A stretch of 64,000 bases of DNA, taken from contig JBHGNT010000013.1 of assembly GCA_043228905.1 (NCBI GenBank), positions 17,918,001 to 17,982,000 on the forward strand, read 5' to 3'. Made by a program: the position numbers and the translations under genes. A model generated the notes under the pieces. It was not told where the DNA came from and did no database searches. It was given only the letters and a program-made list of their open reading frames with translations. The stretch's first letter is position 1; the number at the start of each line of letters is the position of its first letter. Shown piece after piece: positions 39,261 to 52,112 of this stretch. Source of the stretch: Azolla caroliniana. Lineage: Eukaryota; Plantae; Polypodiophyta.

Positions 39261-42200
39261 ACCGATGGACGAAGAAATGGAACCCGGACCGGTTTTCTCC
39301 AACCAGAACCCAATTTTGGCGCATACCGGTGGATGCGCGGTTAGGTGGGGGTGGATGTCGTGAAGAAAACCGTCCCTTGGCGCAATTGGTGAATAGCGCA
39401 CATGAACCAGCCCTTCACGTGTGCGCGCTCTTAATGTATATAATAGAGAATTAGGTACATAGAGATATCCTGGGTAGTTAGATTTGGTAGGTAGGAAGTA
39501 AATGAGGGAGACGGCTCCCTTCTTGACGCTATAAAGGAGAGGGAGACGCAGGGAGAAGGGATCGCGCATTAAGGAGGACGAAGTGCTGTCGGACCGGAAC
39601 CGAACACTTCTCCTCTGTTCGTTCTCCATCGCTCTTCTCTGCAGGTTTTCGGGAGGCTCGCGCTGCTTCGAGGAACGCCCGTGTGCTTCCGGCAGCACCT
39701 CCACCCTTTTCTCCTTTCGTGCGCAGACGAACAGGCATCGGCATCTGTTCGCCGGCCTGTTCGGTTGTAACCGCTCGTGTGCTTTGTTGTGTATTCTGTT
39801 ACTCGTTAATATACAAACACTTGTGTCTCCCTATCTCTGTGTCCCTTCACGTCTTCTGTGTTGATGGGCCGTGCCCCTGTGTTTCTTACTCATACGTGAC
39901 AGGGCGTCTCTCTCTTTCTCATTCCCCTTTTATCACCTGCTCTTTGGTCCAAGACCTCGGTGGTCCCGCCTCGTTTCTCCATGCACGCGCGTAGTAACGC
40001 GACAACGAGAAAGAAAGAATGTAGAATTTCTATTTGGTGGCTTAAGAATAGGGGTTCTAGTTAATAGCTCTCTTACTCTATCAAATTTTTCTTGCACAAA
40101 AGGATTCCACACAAAGATATTAGTGTGAAGGATGACTCTAAAAGGATAAAGAGCTTGGGCTAACATATGAATAAATCTCTCAAAGTATCGCACCTTTTGA
40201 ACAAAAACTTCCAACGACTTGATATCTTTCGGATATGGTAAACTTTCAATCACTTTGATCTTTGAGGGATCCGCTTTAATTCCTTGAAGAGACACCACAT
40301 GTCCAAGCATCACCACCTCTTTTTCTCCAACATGGCACTTTTCGGGGTTGAGTTGTCCTTTACATTCATCAAGACGTTTGAAAGTTGCACGCACCTTCTC
40401 TAGATGACCAATCCTTGTACTATAGATGGCAAAATCATCTATAAACACCCTTAAAAACTTTCCAAAAAAAGGTTGAAAAATATGTATGGCCAAACAATTG
40501 AAAGTAAACACTGCATTGGTTAAACCAAAAGGCATACACTTATAAGCAAAACAACCCCAAGGTGTTATGAAGGTTGTCTTTCTTTGATCCTCTTCTGCAA
40601 TTCTTATTTGCAAAATAGCTGGAATACCCATCACATACGGTGTACATCTCATGCCCCGCAATTTCATCCAAAATCTCATCTTGAAAAGGGAGTGGAAAGT
40701 GATCCCGCTTTGTAGCTGCATTGAAAGGTTTGAAGTTGACACAAACTCGCCATTTGCCATTCTTTTTAGGAACCACCACAACGGGGGACACCCACTCTGA
40801 ATCCTCCATTGGGTATATGAAACCAACCCCCAACAAAGCTTTAACCTCCTTTAATAGAGCCTCCTTTTGGACTGTCCCCAAGCGACGAAGTTTTTGAGCA
40901 ACCGGTTCACTTCCCTCCTTCAAATTGATTTGGTGTTTGATGACATCCACTCCTCTAATCTGTGAATAGTCATTTATAAATAACCTTGGAAACTCAGAAA
41001 GTAGGGAAACAAACCTTTGTCGTTCTTCTGCTTGAATATCTTTGGAAATCATCTTCTCCCATTGTTCAAGGGTAATGGTTTCTTCTTCTTTATTGCCTTC
41101 TTTCTCCTCCTTGGACATCACATATGATGTTGTCTTCTCCCAATCCGATGAAGCGCTATCACTTGCACTACTCCCTTCTTTATACTTACTATAAGATAAG
41201 TTGTTCTCCCTTGCACCGTTGATCACTTTTTGAAGACGAATGTCATAGAGAATGTTGACACCTTCGGAAGGTGCCAAAGTCATCAAACCCTTACTCCAAT
41301 CTTGAATTACATTTAGTTCTTGCATCCAAGGTCTTCCCAACACCAAGGAATAAGAGGGTCCTTTAAGGGGAATAACATGGAAAACCATAGAAATACATAT
41401 ACCAAAACACTCAAGGATAACATCTTCTATAATCCCCATGCAAGGTACTAAGGCTCTATCAACTACAACTACTTTTGCAAAGGAACTTTTATGAATGGGA
41501 ATACAAAGCTTACTTATGAGGACTTCTGAGATAAAACTTATTCTAGCACCACTGTCCACTAAAGCATCTTTAACTATATAACCTTTTATAGATACAGGCA
41601 TTGTAGGTCGGATATCCTTTCGTTCCTTCACTCGTACAACCCACGCATAGTGTGTTGTTTTGGTACTTTGACGTATACTCGCTAGTCGTCCCCATTCCTT
41701 CCGTATTTTTGGAGAGAGTTGAAGAAGTTGTGGCCAAGTGATCTGGGGCCCATTAGTAATCAACTCTTGCTTCAAGTGGAAAGGCTCCACTCCTTTCCCC
41801 ATAGGCATGTCCTCCATATTGATCTTTCTCCTTCCTTGAACGACGTCTTTTTGAAGGATTCTTCATCTTAGGCTCCATAGACTCCTTAGCTTTTTTCTTT
41901 ATTTAAGGGTTACTTGACTCACCTTCCACCTCTTTGCCCTTATGGGTTGCCCAAGTTCTCTTGATTGGAACAACATCACAATCATTGTTAGTATCATACA
42001 TAAAATCAAGAAGATTTACACTGGGAGGTATTGTTGGAACTTGAGCCATTGGCAATGGTCCTCCATCCATAGAAGCTTGATTATTGTTGTTTGCATGGTT
42101 GTTAGGGGAATTTGAACCCCCTTGAACTTGATAGATACCTCGTCCTAAACCTCCTTGTCATCTTGAAGGACACCGTGTAGCAATATGGACTTCAACACCA

Positions 42201-43488
42201 CAAGAATAACAAACCGAGACTCATTTTTCTTGTGGCACCTCTCGAAATTGGTTGGTATTGAAACTTGCTTGCATTTGGCAGAATTGATTCATTAGCTCAT
42301 CAAGGCATCAATTTAGTTGCTCAGGGAAAGTTGCATCAGATCTTAGATTATCTACATCTCGCATTATTGGTATACTAGCTTGGTTAGTTATATTTGAATT
42401 AAAGATGTTTGGAAAAACCTGGCCTCCATGTAAAATAGAGGATAGATGTGGAGCGTTTAGAGTCGGCACCACATTCGCACCAGCTATCGCTACTGTTGTA
42501 TCACCTCCCATCCGCATCACTTTTAGTTGTCTATCATAGACTTGACACACTTGTAGAAGAGTTTGAAAATTGGTTGGGTCCTTCAAATTCGCCTCCATTG
42601 CAAAGTAAGGATTCAAGCCTGCCTTGAAGCGATCCATCTTCAACCACTCGTCCTGTACGCCTCCTCATAGACGGATCCATGTTAACCAAAGCTCTTTGAA
42701 CACCCTTTCGTACTCCGAATACCCCATCGATGTTGACATACGCAACGCGAAGAGTTCCTCTCGCACCTCCATAACATTACAACATCGGATGTACTTGCTT
42801 CGAAATTGTTGAACAAGCAATTGGTAGTTGGATTGTTGGTTGGGAGATAGGGATTCATACCATTCCCGAGCCCTTGAGTAGAAAGTTGCCACCAACAAGG
42901 GAAGTTTCTCTATTTCATTCACCTTCCCAATTGAAACCGCATGATGCTCAAAGGATGCCAAAAAAGCTACAACATCCTAAACACCATCACCTGCAAAGGC
43001 AAATTGAAAAGCCATATCCACGTAATAGTACGACACAATCAATCTTCCCAAGATGCGGAAAAGATCAACCCTCCCTAGAGCGCCAAAATGAAAGAGTGGT
43101 GATAGAAAGAAAAGATAAAGAAGATATATAAATTTAAAACTACAAAAGATTTATTGATCATGAATGATCATGATAGAAGGAAAAGAGAAAGAAGATACAA
43201 CTACAAATATCTATTGATAAGAACTCAAACAACACTACATGAATTGGAAAGAAATCACCACAAGAAAGAGACCCTTCACCACCACCTTACTCTTCTTGCT
43301 TTATATGAAGTTCTCCTCTACTAGATAAGTTAGTTTCCCTTGCTTTCTTTTCCATGCTTTTTTTAGAGCTTTTCCATCTCCTATTCTTAGCTATGACACA
43401 ACAATCTTCTAATCATCATAGCATCGGTCACGAAATTGACCCCCGCCATGCCTACAAACCTGGGCAATTGGAAGGTCGTGCACCATCT

Positions 43489-43832
43489 TCATCTGTTCAT
43501 CAAGTGCTGCGCCTTGCAATGGCCCATCAAACACGTTGGCCGGAACTGGGTCCAAATCAAGCCGTCTTCTGGTCCTCCATTTGTTGTCGGGCTTGCCGAT
43601 GACGTTCCCTCGTTGTTTGTCGAAACTGTATCTTGAGCACCTCCGCGCGGATGCTCAATGTGACCACTCGGGGAAATCCAGACAACCGCCAACATCAGCA
43701 TTTCAGCCTTGCAGGCCTCCAGGTAGGTTGTGACATTCTTTCCATTAAATCGTCCTATCGTGCCAACTATCGTCTTAATGGCTCTGTTGAGCCCCCCTGA
43801 GCTCTCTCGAGCATTAACAAGGCGGTCCACGA
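43489..43832 (-). mobile_element. gag remnant of the Trp-primed family, interrupted by element C
   Basis: IVDRLVNARESSGGLNRAI...GRFNGKNVTTYLEACKAEMLM aligns to element B Gag (AVDRIVSTREGIGALDRAI...RFSGKDATSYL..AEMLM). Confidence 0.8.
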
Positions 43833-46800
43833 TGTCGTGAAGAATGTGATTCACGATATAAAAATGAGCTTAAATATTGTATTTAATAATATTTGAGAGA
43901 CTTGAACCCACATCCTTATATACGAACTACAATGTACATACCACTAGGCTAGGCTATTTATTTGTAAAAGTTTGTAAAATAAATGTCCTTCGTGATATAA
44001 GAATGAAGCTATATATTGTATTGAGTAAAATAGTGAGATTTGAACTCTCAACCTTGTATACCAAACACAAAGCATACACCACTAAGCTAGGTTAGTTATT
44101 TTAGAATGCATTTTCATCATTATACTTATCACATATCTATTTTCATACATAGCCATCATGCATCACATGCAATGCATGTGTGCCAAATGGTGATCATGCA
44201 TTACATGTAACTCATGCATTGCATGCATGCCATGCTCCCATACATTACCATATGCATGGCAACACTTATATAAAGAGGGGCAAGGAAACAAGAGGGAATA
44301 AAGAAGAGAGAATAAGAAAATAATACAATGAAGTAAAGAAGACTAGCTCATTGGGTGGAGAACCTCTCGTTTCGAAGTTGAGGTCGTGGGTTCAAATCAA
44401 GGGTCTGTAGAGAATGTGTTCAGTTTGCGATCAAGGATTGTAAAGTTGGTAAAATATTATATTTTTAATATACATCATGTTTATATCATATACTCTTGTT
44501 CCTTGAATCATATTTTGTCTCAATCTTCTTTCTAGAATCATACTTTGTCTCAATCTTCTTTCTTGAATCATACATTGTCTCTATCTTTTATCTATGCTCG
44601 TCTCTCTCTCTCACACAGACACACACACACATTACTCGTAACTCTTCTTCTTACTATCCTTAACCATTCTATCATCACCATACAAGCCTTATTAAAAGTT
44701 AAGTTTCTTCAACTCCCCTTCCTTAGTCCCCGCGACTTCGCCGCACGAACCACAACTACCCCGACACATTTGGTGAACCCAACGTGAAGGCGGCGACAAG
44801 GAGAAATGGAGGAGCAAATGAGGCTTATGTGTACAATGATGGAACGAGTGATGCGGGAACAAGGGATGATGGCAAGCATCGACAAAGCCGTCGACAATAT
44901 TCTCGCACGAGTAGGAATCTTCGAAGGTATGAATTTAACAAGATTTTTGAAGATTTACAAAGAGGAAATGCTTAAACGAGGTGTCGACGAAGCGGCAAAA
45001 ATTAATAGCTTTAGTCGAGTCGCTGCGATTGGGTTACAAGAAAGGATCCAGGAGCTACATAGGGAACATCAGACATGGGCGACTTTTGAAAGAGCATTGC
45101 TAAATGAATACAACCTCAACGATATGTCAAGGATGACAAGGAGAGCTTTCATGGATTGGGTAGAGTCTAATAAACATTTAAGTGTTTTGGAAGTATTAAA
45201 AGAGTTTTCTGAAAGATTTGAGCAATTAAATGTTAGAGATAGAAATATAATAGTGCCAGATAAAGTAATATTGTTTCTACAAGCTACTAATATTAAAGAC
45301 AGGAAGGACTTAGGAATGCTCTTAGAAGATCAGAATAGTCCAAGTGGACTTATTGAAGACTGGGAGGAGGTGAAAAGGGCGTGCGCCCATTTCTGCAAAA
45401 GAAAGTTATGGTTTATGGAGTTGTCCGATAGAAATGATGAAGAAACGGGGAACGAGTCGAGAGAAAAGAAAGTAGAAGAATCACTCTTACACGAATTGGT
45501 GAAAGGCATGAGAGACTTGTCGATCAAAGTGACGAAGCTAGAATCGGGATAAAGCTCGACTTCATCAAGGCATGGAGGTGGAATGGTCCGAAGGTGTATG
45601 TGGTGTGATAGTATCGACCACCAGAAGAAAGATTGTCAAGAGCATAGGGATGCTCTTAATCATAATAAAATCTACTATCAAGATGGCAAGATTCACTCGA
45701 TAGAGACTCGACAACCACTTCAACTCAACTTCGGGCGAGGAGGAATGAAAAAGCTAATGGAAGATGCCGAGAGAGAAACGACTCAAGCGATACAATCCGC
45801 GTAGAAGACTCATATGGTGGATCTAGCTTTTGGCAAGATGTGATGGATTATGCAAGAAAAGGGAAGGTTCGAGTGGATGAATTAAAAAGAGCGGGAGATA
45901 AAATATGAAACTTCACTGGATGAAATGATCCAATAGACGGCTATCAGCATTCGCCCAAGTGAATGCACAAGATGTGCTAGTGGAAGAGAAGCGGAAGAGA
46001 GTTGAGGAAGCTGATTTGACAAAGAGACATGAGACACGAGAACAGAAAAGAAGGGAGATGGAAAAGGGTGCTACTGAGCCGAAGGAAGCTGATAAAGTAA
46101 AAGGAAAGATAGGCCCATCTTTCAAGCTTGCCTCAGACATAGAAACAACGACGGATATAAAAAAGGTACTAGAAAGAAGAATATTAAATAGTAAGGTAGA
46201 ATTTACTTTAAGAGAAGTGTTGGGTATAGCAAAGAAAGAATTTCATGAAGTTATCATAGATATTATTAGAAGGAAGAGACAGGTGACAGAGGAAATTACG
46301 GGAGGGTGTGCAGCAACACTCCAAGATTTGTATGGTGGCACCATCAATGCTGCAAGTGTAAAAAACCAGAATGATGTTGGCGTCCATGAAGGGGATAGGA
46401 GTCACTATACAAGGGACCATTGGGCTCAAGCAACAACGGAGGCACCTGCAAAATATGGGGAGCAGCAAATTCCATGTATTGCTTTGATCGATCATGGATC
46501 TGAGATTAACATGATGTCATCAGAATTTTACGCTCGAGGATGGTGGCCGATCAACAAGAATCATGGGTGGAAAATAAGAGCTGCCATAGAGACTACGGAG
46601 GATCTATTTGGAGCATGTCCTAGTGTGAAGGTAACAATTGGTGATGTGTCGGTGAATCAAAATTTCTTTGTGCAAGATCGATCAACCTACCCCATCATCC
46701 TTGATTAGCCCTACATCACCGCAGTGAGGATGGAAACAAAGGTTATTGATGATGGTTCGGCTTTCGCGAGAATCAAGAGTTAAGATGGAAGAAAGACTGT

Positions 46801-49800
46801 CCAATTCTTAACTGTGAGGCCCAACCATGAAAGAAACAAAGAATGCTTGAGGGAACATCCAATTCAAGAGATGGATGAAGAGTTTTCCCAGGATTTTTAG
46901 ATAGGCCTTTTACAGGTAGGGGTTGTGATAGCCCAAACATAAAAGAAAACCCCATGAATAATAATGTAAATAAAGATATTCCTTGTACAATCTCATCTAA
47001 TGGTGCTACTTTTATACTAAAAGTAAATAACAATAAAATACAAAATGCTTTCGAGTACTTTAAGTGTTCTGGATTAATAGATGATGATGAAGAAATTCAG
47101 GATATGTTTGAAGAATTAAGTTTTGAAGATACAATAACTCATTTGGAAGCAATGGAAGAAGACAACGAAATCCAAGTTCCTGTCCATTCAATCAAGATGT
47201 ACGAGGTCATTGAAGAAGTTGCTCAAAAGGATCATAAAGCACATGTACTAACAAAGTACAAGACAGTGGAGAAGAAGGTTCGTCCTATTGCTATTCCACT
47301 TCCAGGGGATAGTGAAAAGGCAATCAAAGAAGCAACCATAGAGCCAATGGTTAGAGATCCACGAAAGGTGGGACAGGTGTTTACTCCGGAAACAATACAA
47401 GGGATGAAAATAGGAGGGGGTGTCTTCCTATTACCTTCTGAAGAAAAGTAATTCAGGGAGATGTTAAAAAGGCATGGAAAGGCGTTCACATTCCAACCTG
47501 AGGAAATAGGGCGTGTGGATCCAGAAATTGTAGAGCCCATGGTTATTTTCATTATTCCTCATATTCCATGGAACTTTAAGCCAATACCCATGCCTAGGGC
47601 TAGAATCCCTCAACTATTAGAACTTCTGAAAGAAAAGATAAGGATGGGTATCTTGGAACCATCGAACGCTCCTTACTCGAGTCGATGGTTCATTGTGTTA
47701 AAGAAAGATGGGCGACTCCGATTTATCCAAGATATGCAACCCGTGAATAAAGTAACAATCCGAAACTCGGGAGTAGGGCCAATTGTGGATGAGTTTGCTG
47801 AGATGTTTGCAAGAAGAGCTATATATTCAATGGGAGACCTTTATTCCGGGTATGATCAATTTCAAGTTGCTATCAAAAGTTGAGATATAACTTCTATCAA
47901 GACACCTATAGGGTTAGTACGGATGTGTACCTTGCCGCAAGGAGCGACCAACTCAGTGGCACATATGATGAATGGAATGAACAAGGTACTTCGTGATTTT
48001 ATTCCTCATATTACAATGCCTTTTTTAGATGATGTTCCGATTAAGGGATGCAAGGAGGAAGAGAAGAATGAGGAATTGGACGAAAGTGGTTGCCATCAAT
48101 TCATCACTGACCATATCAAGGATTGTGAGAAGGTACTATCAAGGATGGAAGAAGTGCACTTGACCTTATCAGGGGCGAAGTCAATATTTGGGGCAAACGA
48201 GATCTTAATAGTTGGTCATATGTGTGGCCCGTACGAGAGAAAGCCATCCCCAGCCAAGGTCAATGCAATTCAAAATATGCAAGAGGAATGTACATCCGTC
48301 TCAGAAGTACGAAGGTTTCTGGGGGTATGTGTTTTTTATTGTAAATGGATTCCGCATTATGCCCATTTATTCGAACCTTTATATAGACTCCTAAGAAAGG
48401 GAGAGACATTTGAATGGAGTGAAGAGCATTCAGAGGCAATGAAGAGATTGAAGTACTACTTAGCACAAGCTCCACCATTAAAGCAACCTAACTACACCCG
48501 ACCCATATATCTCACAGTAGACTCTAGTCCCATTGGAATTGGATGGGTGATAAGCCAACAAGATGGGGAAGAAAGGTATCCAATTCGATTCGGAGCAAAG
48601 GTTCTTAGTGGTCGACAAAGAAGATATGCACAGGTGAAAAGAGAGCTATGGGGGATAGTAACATCAGTAAAGATAAACAGAGATTACTTAATCAGTGTTG
48701 AAGTAATAATAGAAATAGATTGTTTGCCTATTCTTGGTATCATAGCTAATTGTGATATTCCAGATCAAGCCATGTTAAGATGGTGTATCTATATTAGATC
48801 AGTCAACCCTGAAGTTAGACATATCTCTGGGAATAAAAATGCAGTAGCAGATATGTTATCAAGAACAAGGTATAAGGAAGAGGAGATTCCAGACTCGGAC
48901 GATGAGGACAAAGAACAAACTGTCCTTGCCACAAGCATTACCCGAGGAGGGATGCAGTTTCTAGAAGAGGAGTATGAAGAAGAATTCAAGGAAATAGGGA
49001 AATACCTACAAACCCCTGAAAAGTACAAAGGTCGATCTGGAAAAGATTTCGCGCAGTTTCGCAAGAAAGCCCATAAGTTCTTCCTGCATGAAGGATATCT
49101 ATGGCGACATCCAAAGACCAAGACTGGAAACCCGCAAAGAGTAATAGGTTCTGAAGTGCAAAGAAAGGAGGTAATGAGAGAGTTGCATGACAAAGAATGG
49201 GCTGGTCATCGAGGAGTGTGGGCCACTTTCAGTAAGATTAAAGAACGGTTTTGGTGGCCTCGATACTATGAGGAAATAAAGAAGTATGTAGAAACTTGTC
49301 CCACTTGTCAATATTATTCAAATATAAATTTTTTTGATGAGTTAAACCCAACATACTCACCGGGGGTGCATTACAAGTGGATGATAGATTTGGTAACAAT
49401 GCCACTTGGAGTAGGACAAAAGAGATACTTGGTTCTTGCTAGAGAAGATCTAACAAATCAAGTGGAAGGTTGTTCATTGAGAACAAAAGGGACATTAGGA
49501 GTATGTCAATTCATCTTGGAGGACATTGTTTGTAGATATGGATGTATCGGGAAGATAGTGGCAGATAGGGGAGAACTCAATTCTGCGGAAGCTCAAGATT
49601 TTTTCGACGAAATAGGAATTCAATTTTCTTTGACAACGGTGTACAATCTAGAAGCTAATGGAAAGATAGAAAGGGGACATGGGCCAATAGTCAAAGCTTA
49701 GGCAAATGCACGTAGAGGACGGGTTAGTGATTGGCCAAAAATCTTACCCTATGCACTATGGGCTGATAGGACAACTCACAACACTGTTACTGGATATATG

Positions 49801-50340
49801 CCTGCAGAATTAATCACAGGACAGAAGCCAATAATGTCAATTGAAGAAAAGATACCTACATGGGCTGTGTTGCCTTGGGAATCAGAAATGAGTAGGGAAG
49901 ATTTACTTGCGGTTTGAATACGACAACTTCAATCAAGGATAGAAGACATAGAAAAAGCAGCTACTAGATTGAAAGAGGCAAGAATCAAGAATAAGGACAG
50001 ATTTGACAAGATGAAAAGAATATGACCTAGAAAGGTGCAAGAGGGAGATTGGATATTAGTATATGATAGTAGCCTAGATAATCAATACAGTACTATTCGA
50101 AAGTTTGCAAAAAGATGGTTTGGACCTTATAAAGTTAGGAAAATAACAGATAAAGCCACATATTTCCTCAATGAATTAGATGGGACAGAAATTCGTATCC
50201 CAGTTGCAGGAAAAAGGATTAAAATATTTAAAAGGAGGGAGTCATTAGAGCCCGAATTAGAATGGGAGGTTAACCCTTACGTGCTTCCGAGCACAAAAGG
50301 GGATGAACAATGTGTGAAGATTAACAAGATAAAGAGCTAG
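43833..50340 (+). mobile_element. Element C: AT-rich member of the Trp-primed Ty3/gypsy family, 3' LTR missing
   Basis: 5' LTR 43833-44766 (TGTCGTGAAGAA...CGACA), Trp PBS, and gag/PR(DHG)/RT(FLDD)/RH/INT collinear with element B. Several stops. Confidence 0.93.
44344..44398 (+). other. tRNA-like A-box/B-box cassette inside LTR of element C
   Basis: TAGCTCATTGG...AGGTCGTGGGTTCAAATC at tRNA spacing; stems imperfect, so not a functional tRNA gene. Two antisense copies at 43899-43951 and 44037-44089. Confidence 0.6.
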
Positions 50341-50441
50341 ATTTAGACAAGGTTCATCAAGCTAATTCCATTATAGGGCACGAAAGCCACAATGTGATTA
50401 CAACCGCGGCCATTTAGGCTGAACTAAAACACAACTCGAAG

Positions 50442-50600
50442 TAGGGGTCGGCAACGGTTCGGCTCAAGCCTAAACCGTTTAGCTAAAATGGCTTAGCGGC
50501 TCGGCTCAGCTTAGGCTTGAGCTTGACTAAATGGTTTGAGCTCGGTTCGGCTTGTTTTGAGCCTTGCCAAACCGGCTCAAACTGGTTAAGCCGTTTATGT
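50442..50600. mobile_element. Probable end of a non-autonomous hAT-like DNA transposon
   Basis: TAGGGGTCGGCAACGG terminus followed by dense short subterminal motifs (GGCTC/GAGC, CGGTT/AACCG); the other end was not found. Confidence 0.45.
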
Positions 50601-52112
50601 GGTTTACTAGTTAGGCTAGAGAAAAACTTGAAAGTTAGAAATTTGAGAGAGAGAGAGAGAGAGACTACACAGAAGCGAGAGAGAGAGAGGGAGGGAGGGA
50701 GCGAGGGAGACTACACGGAAGAGAGAGAGAGTGTCATGATGACACTCACATTTTGTCTGGAAAGGAATTGAACCCACAACCTTGTTATACACATGTCAAA
50801 TCCTTAACCATTGTAATAACAAGTTGATGTGTATTGTTTTTAGAATATATAATCTAATATCATAAGGATAAACTGAATTACTTTATATTCTAGAATGTCC
50901 TAGAGTATTCTAGAGTGTTCTATATGCTAGAACCTTCTAGAATACGCTATAAACCTTCTAGATTACTAGATTACCCCATAATATCCTAGAGTGTTCTAGA
51001 TTACTCTATAGAGAGTTATAAATAAGGAGTTATCAACCATCCAAAAACCAAATTGGTTCAATGCCATCCTATAGCTCCCTATTGCCTACTCTATGAACTC
51101 CATCTTATATCACAATACAATACTTTCTTTTCAATTCTCTCTTTCTGCCTCATCAATATATCTCTTTCCCTTTTTTCTCTCTCTTTCTTCTCTTTCTCTA
51201 TTTGTCTTGACAGTTTGAACCAATTTCTTTTTCATTTTCTCCCTCTTCCATAAGTTCTCTTATTTCTTCTCCTCTCCCCTCGTTCTTCATCGAGTCTGTG
51301 AGCAAACAAGAATATATCCATGTTCTCTCCGAGCTTGACATGCTCACGAATAAATTTGTGGCATTAGAGCATGAAAATCAAAGGCTATTGGGCGACCTAC
51401 AACAAGTGAGTACCGAAAGAGCTCAACAAGTTGAAGAATCACAACGGGTTCACCAACTCGAGGCTACTATATTTTCATTACGGGAACAAGCGTCGGGGGC
51501 TCAAAACTCCCCTCGAGAACCAAAGATTAGTCTCCCTGCCAAATTTGATGGTACGAGGTCTTTATTTCGAGGTTTTTTGAATCAAGTCCGTTTGGTTATT
51601 CAGTTACATCCCAATCGGTACCCAACTGACACGGCTCGTGTGGGATTAGTGGGAACCTTGTTATGTGGTACAACATTAGCATGGTTTGCACCACTTCTTA
51701 AGAAGAAATCACCATTGATAGACGATTTTGAGGCATTTGTTAAGGAGTTTCAGGCTAGTTTTGGAGACACCGATAGCACTAGGACGGCGATAAACAAGAT
51801 TCGAAGACTCCGGCAAGCAGATCGTCCCACGTCAGCGTATGCAGCTGATTTTTGTCTTTTGCCATGTGATATCCCTTGGGATGAGGCGGCTTTAATGGAT
51901 CAATTCCGTCAAGGTTTACGTAATGACGTCAAAGATCTTCTACTTACTTTCCATGAAGATCCGAAGTCTCTAACAGAGGCTATTAGTCCAGCTGTGCGAT
52001 GTGATAATCGTCTTTTTGAGCGACGTTTTGAGCACCAACAAATGCTACATCGCCAACCAGAACAAACGTATGCTTCCGTAGTCGCAACGCCCCCACAAGT
52101 TTCCAGACCTGT

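Larger units (their letters stand above)
33015..40004 (+). mobile_element. Element B: full-length Ty3/gypsy LTR retrotransposon, tRNA-Trp primed, 4-bp TSD ACGA
   Basis: 649-bp LTRs at 33015-33663 and 39356-40004 (~11 substitutions), PBS, PPT, and gag-PR-RT-RH-INT with several stops. TSD ACGA at 33011-33014 and 40005-40008; removing the element restores the host frame (PPNRNSTFFLSR/SVSSHAIGSILMQ). Confidence 0.97.
32470..43398 (-). mobile_element. Element A: Tat-like Ty3/gypsy with additional (archaeal-type) RNase H, 3'-truncated, split by element B
   Basis: Putative 5' LTR 43398-43089 (TG...CA) and PBS TGGCGCTCTAGGGAGG (tRNA-Asn-like). Gag (AREWY), CCHC remnant, PR (LVDSGA), RT (WVSPVVVVPKK, MPFGLTNA, FIDD), degenerate RNase H, then aRH (TNNEVEY, GDSLLIVKQI, HVSRVDNKEADSLA). 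No integrase seen. Confidence 0.85.

Noticed and set aside
44337-44410. Functional tRNA gene
   Set aside because: Acceptor, anticodon and T stems do not pair properly; kept only as a tRNA-like cassette.
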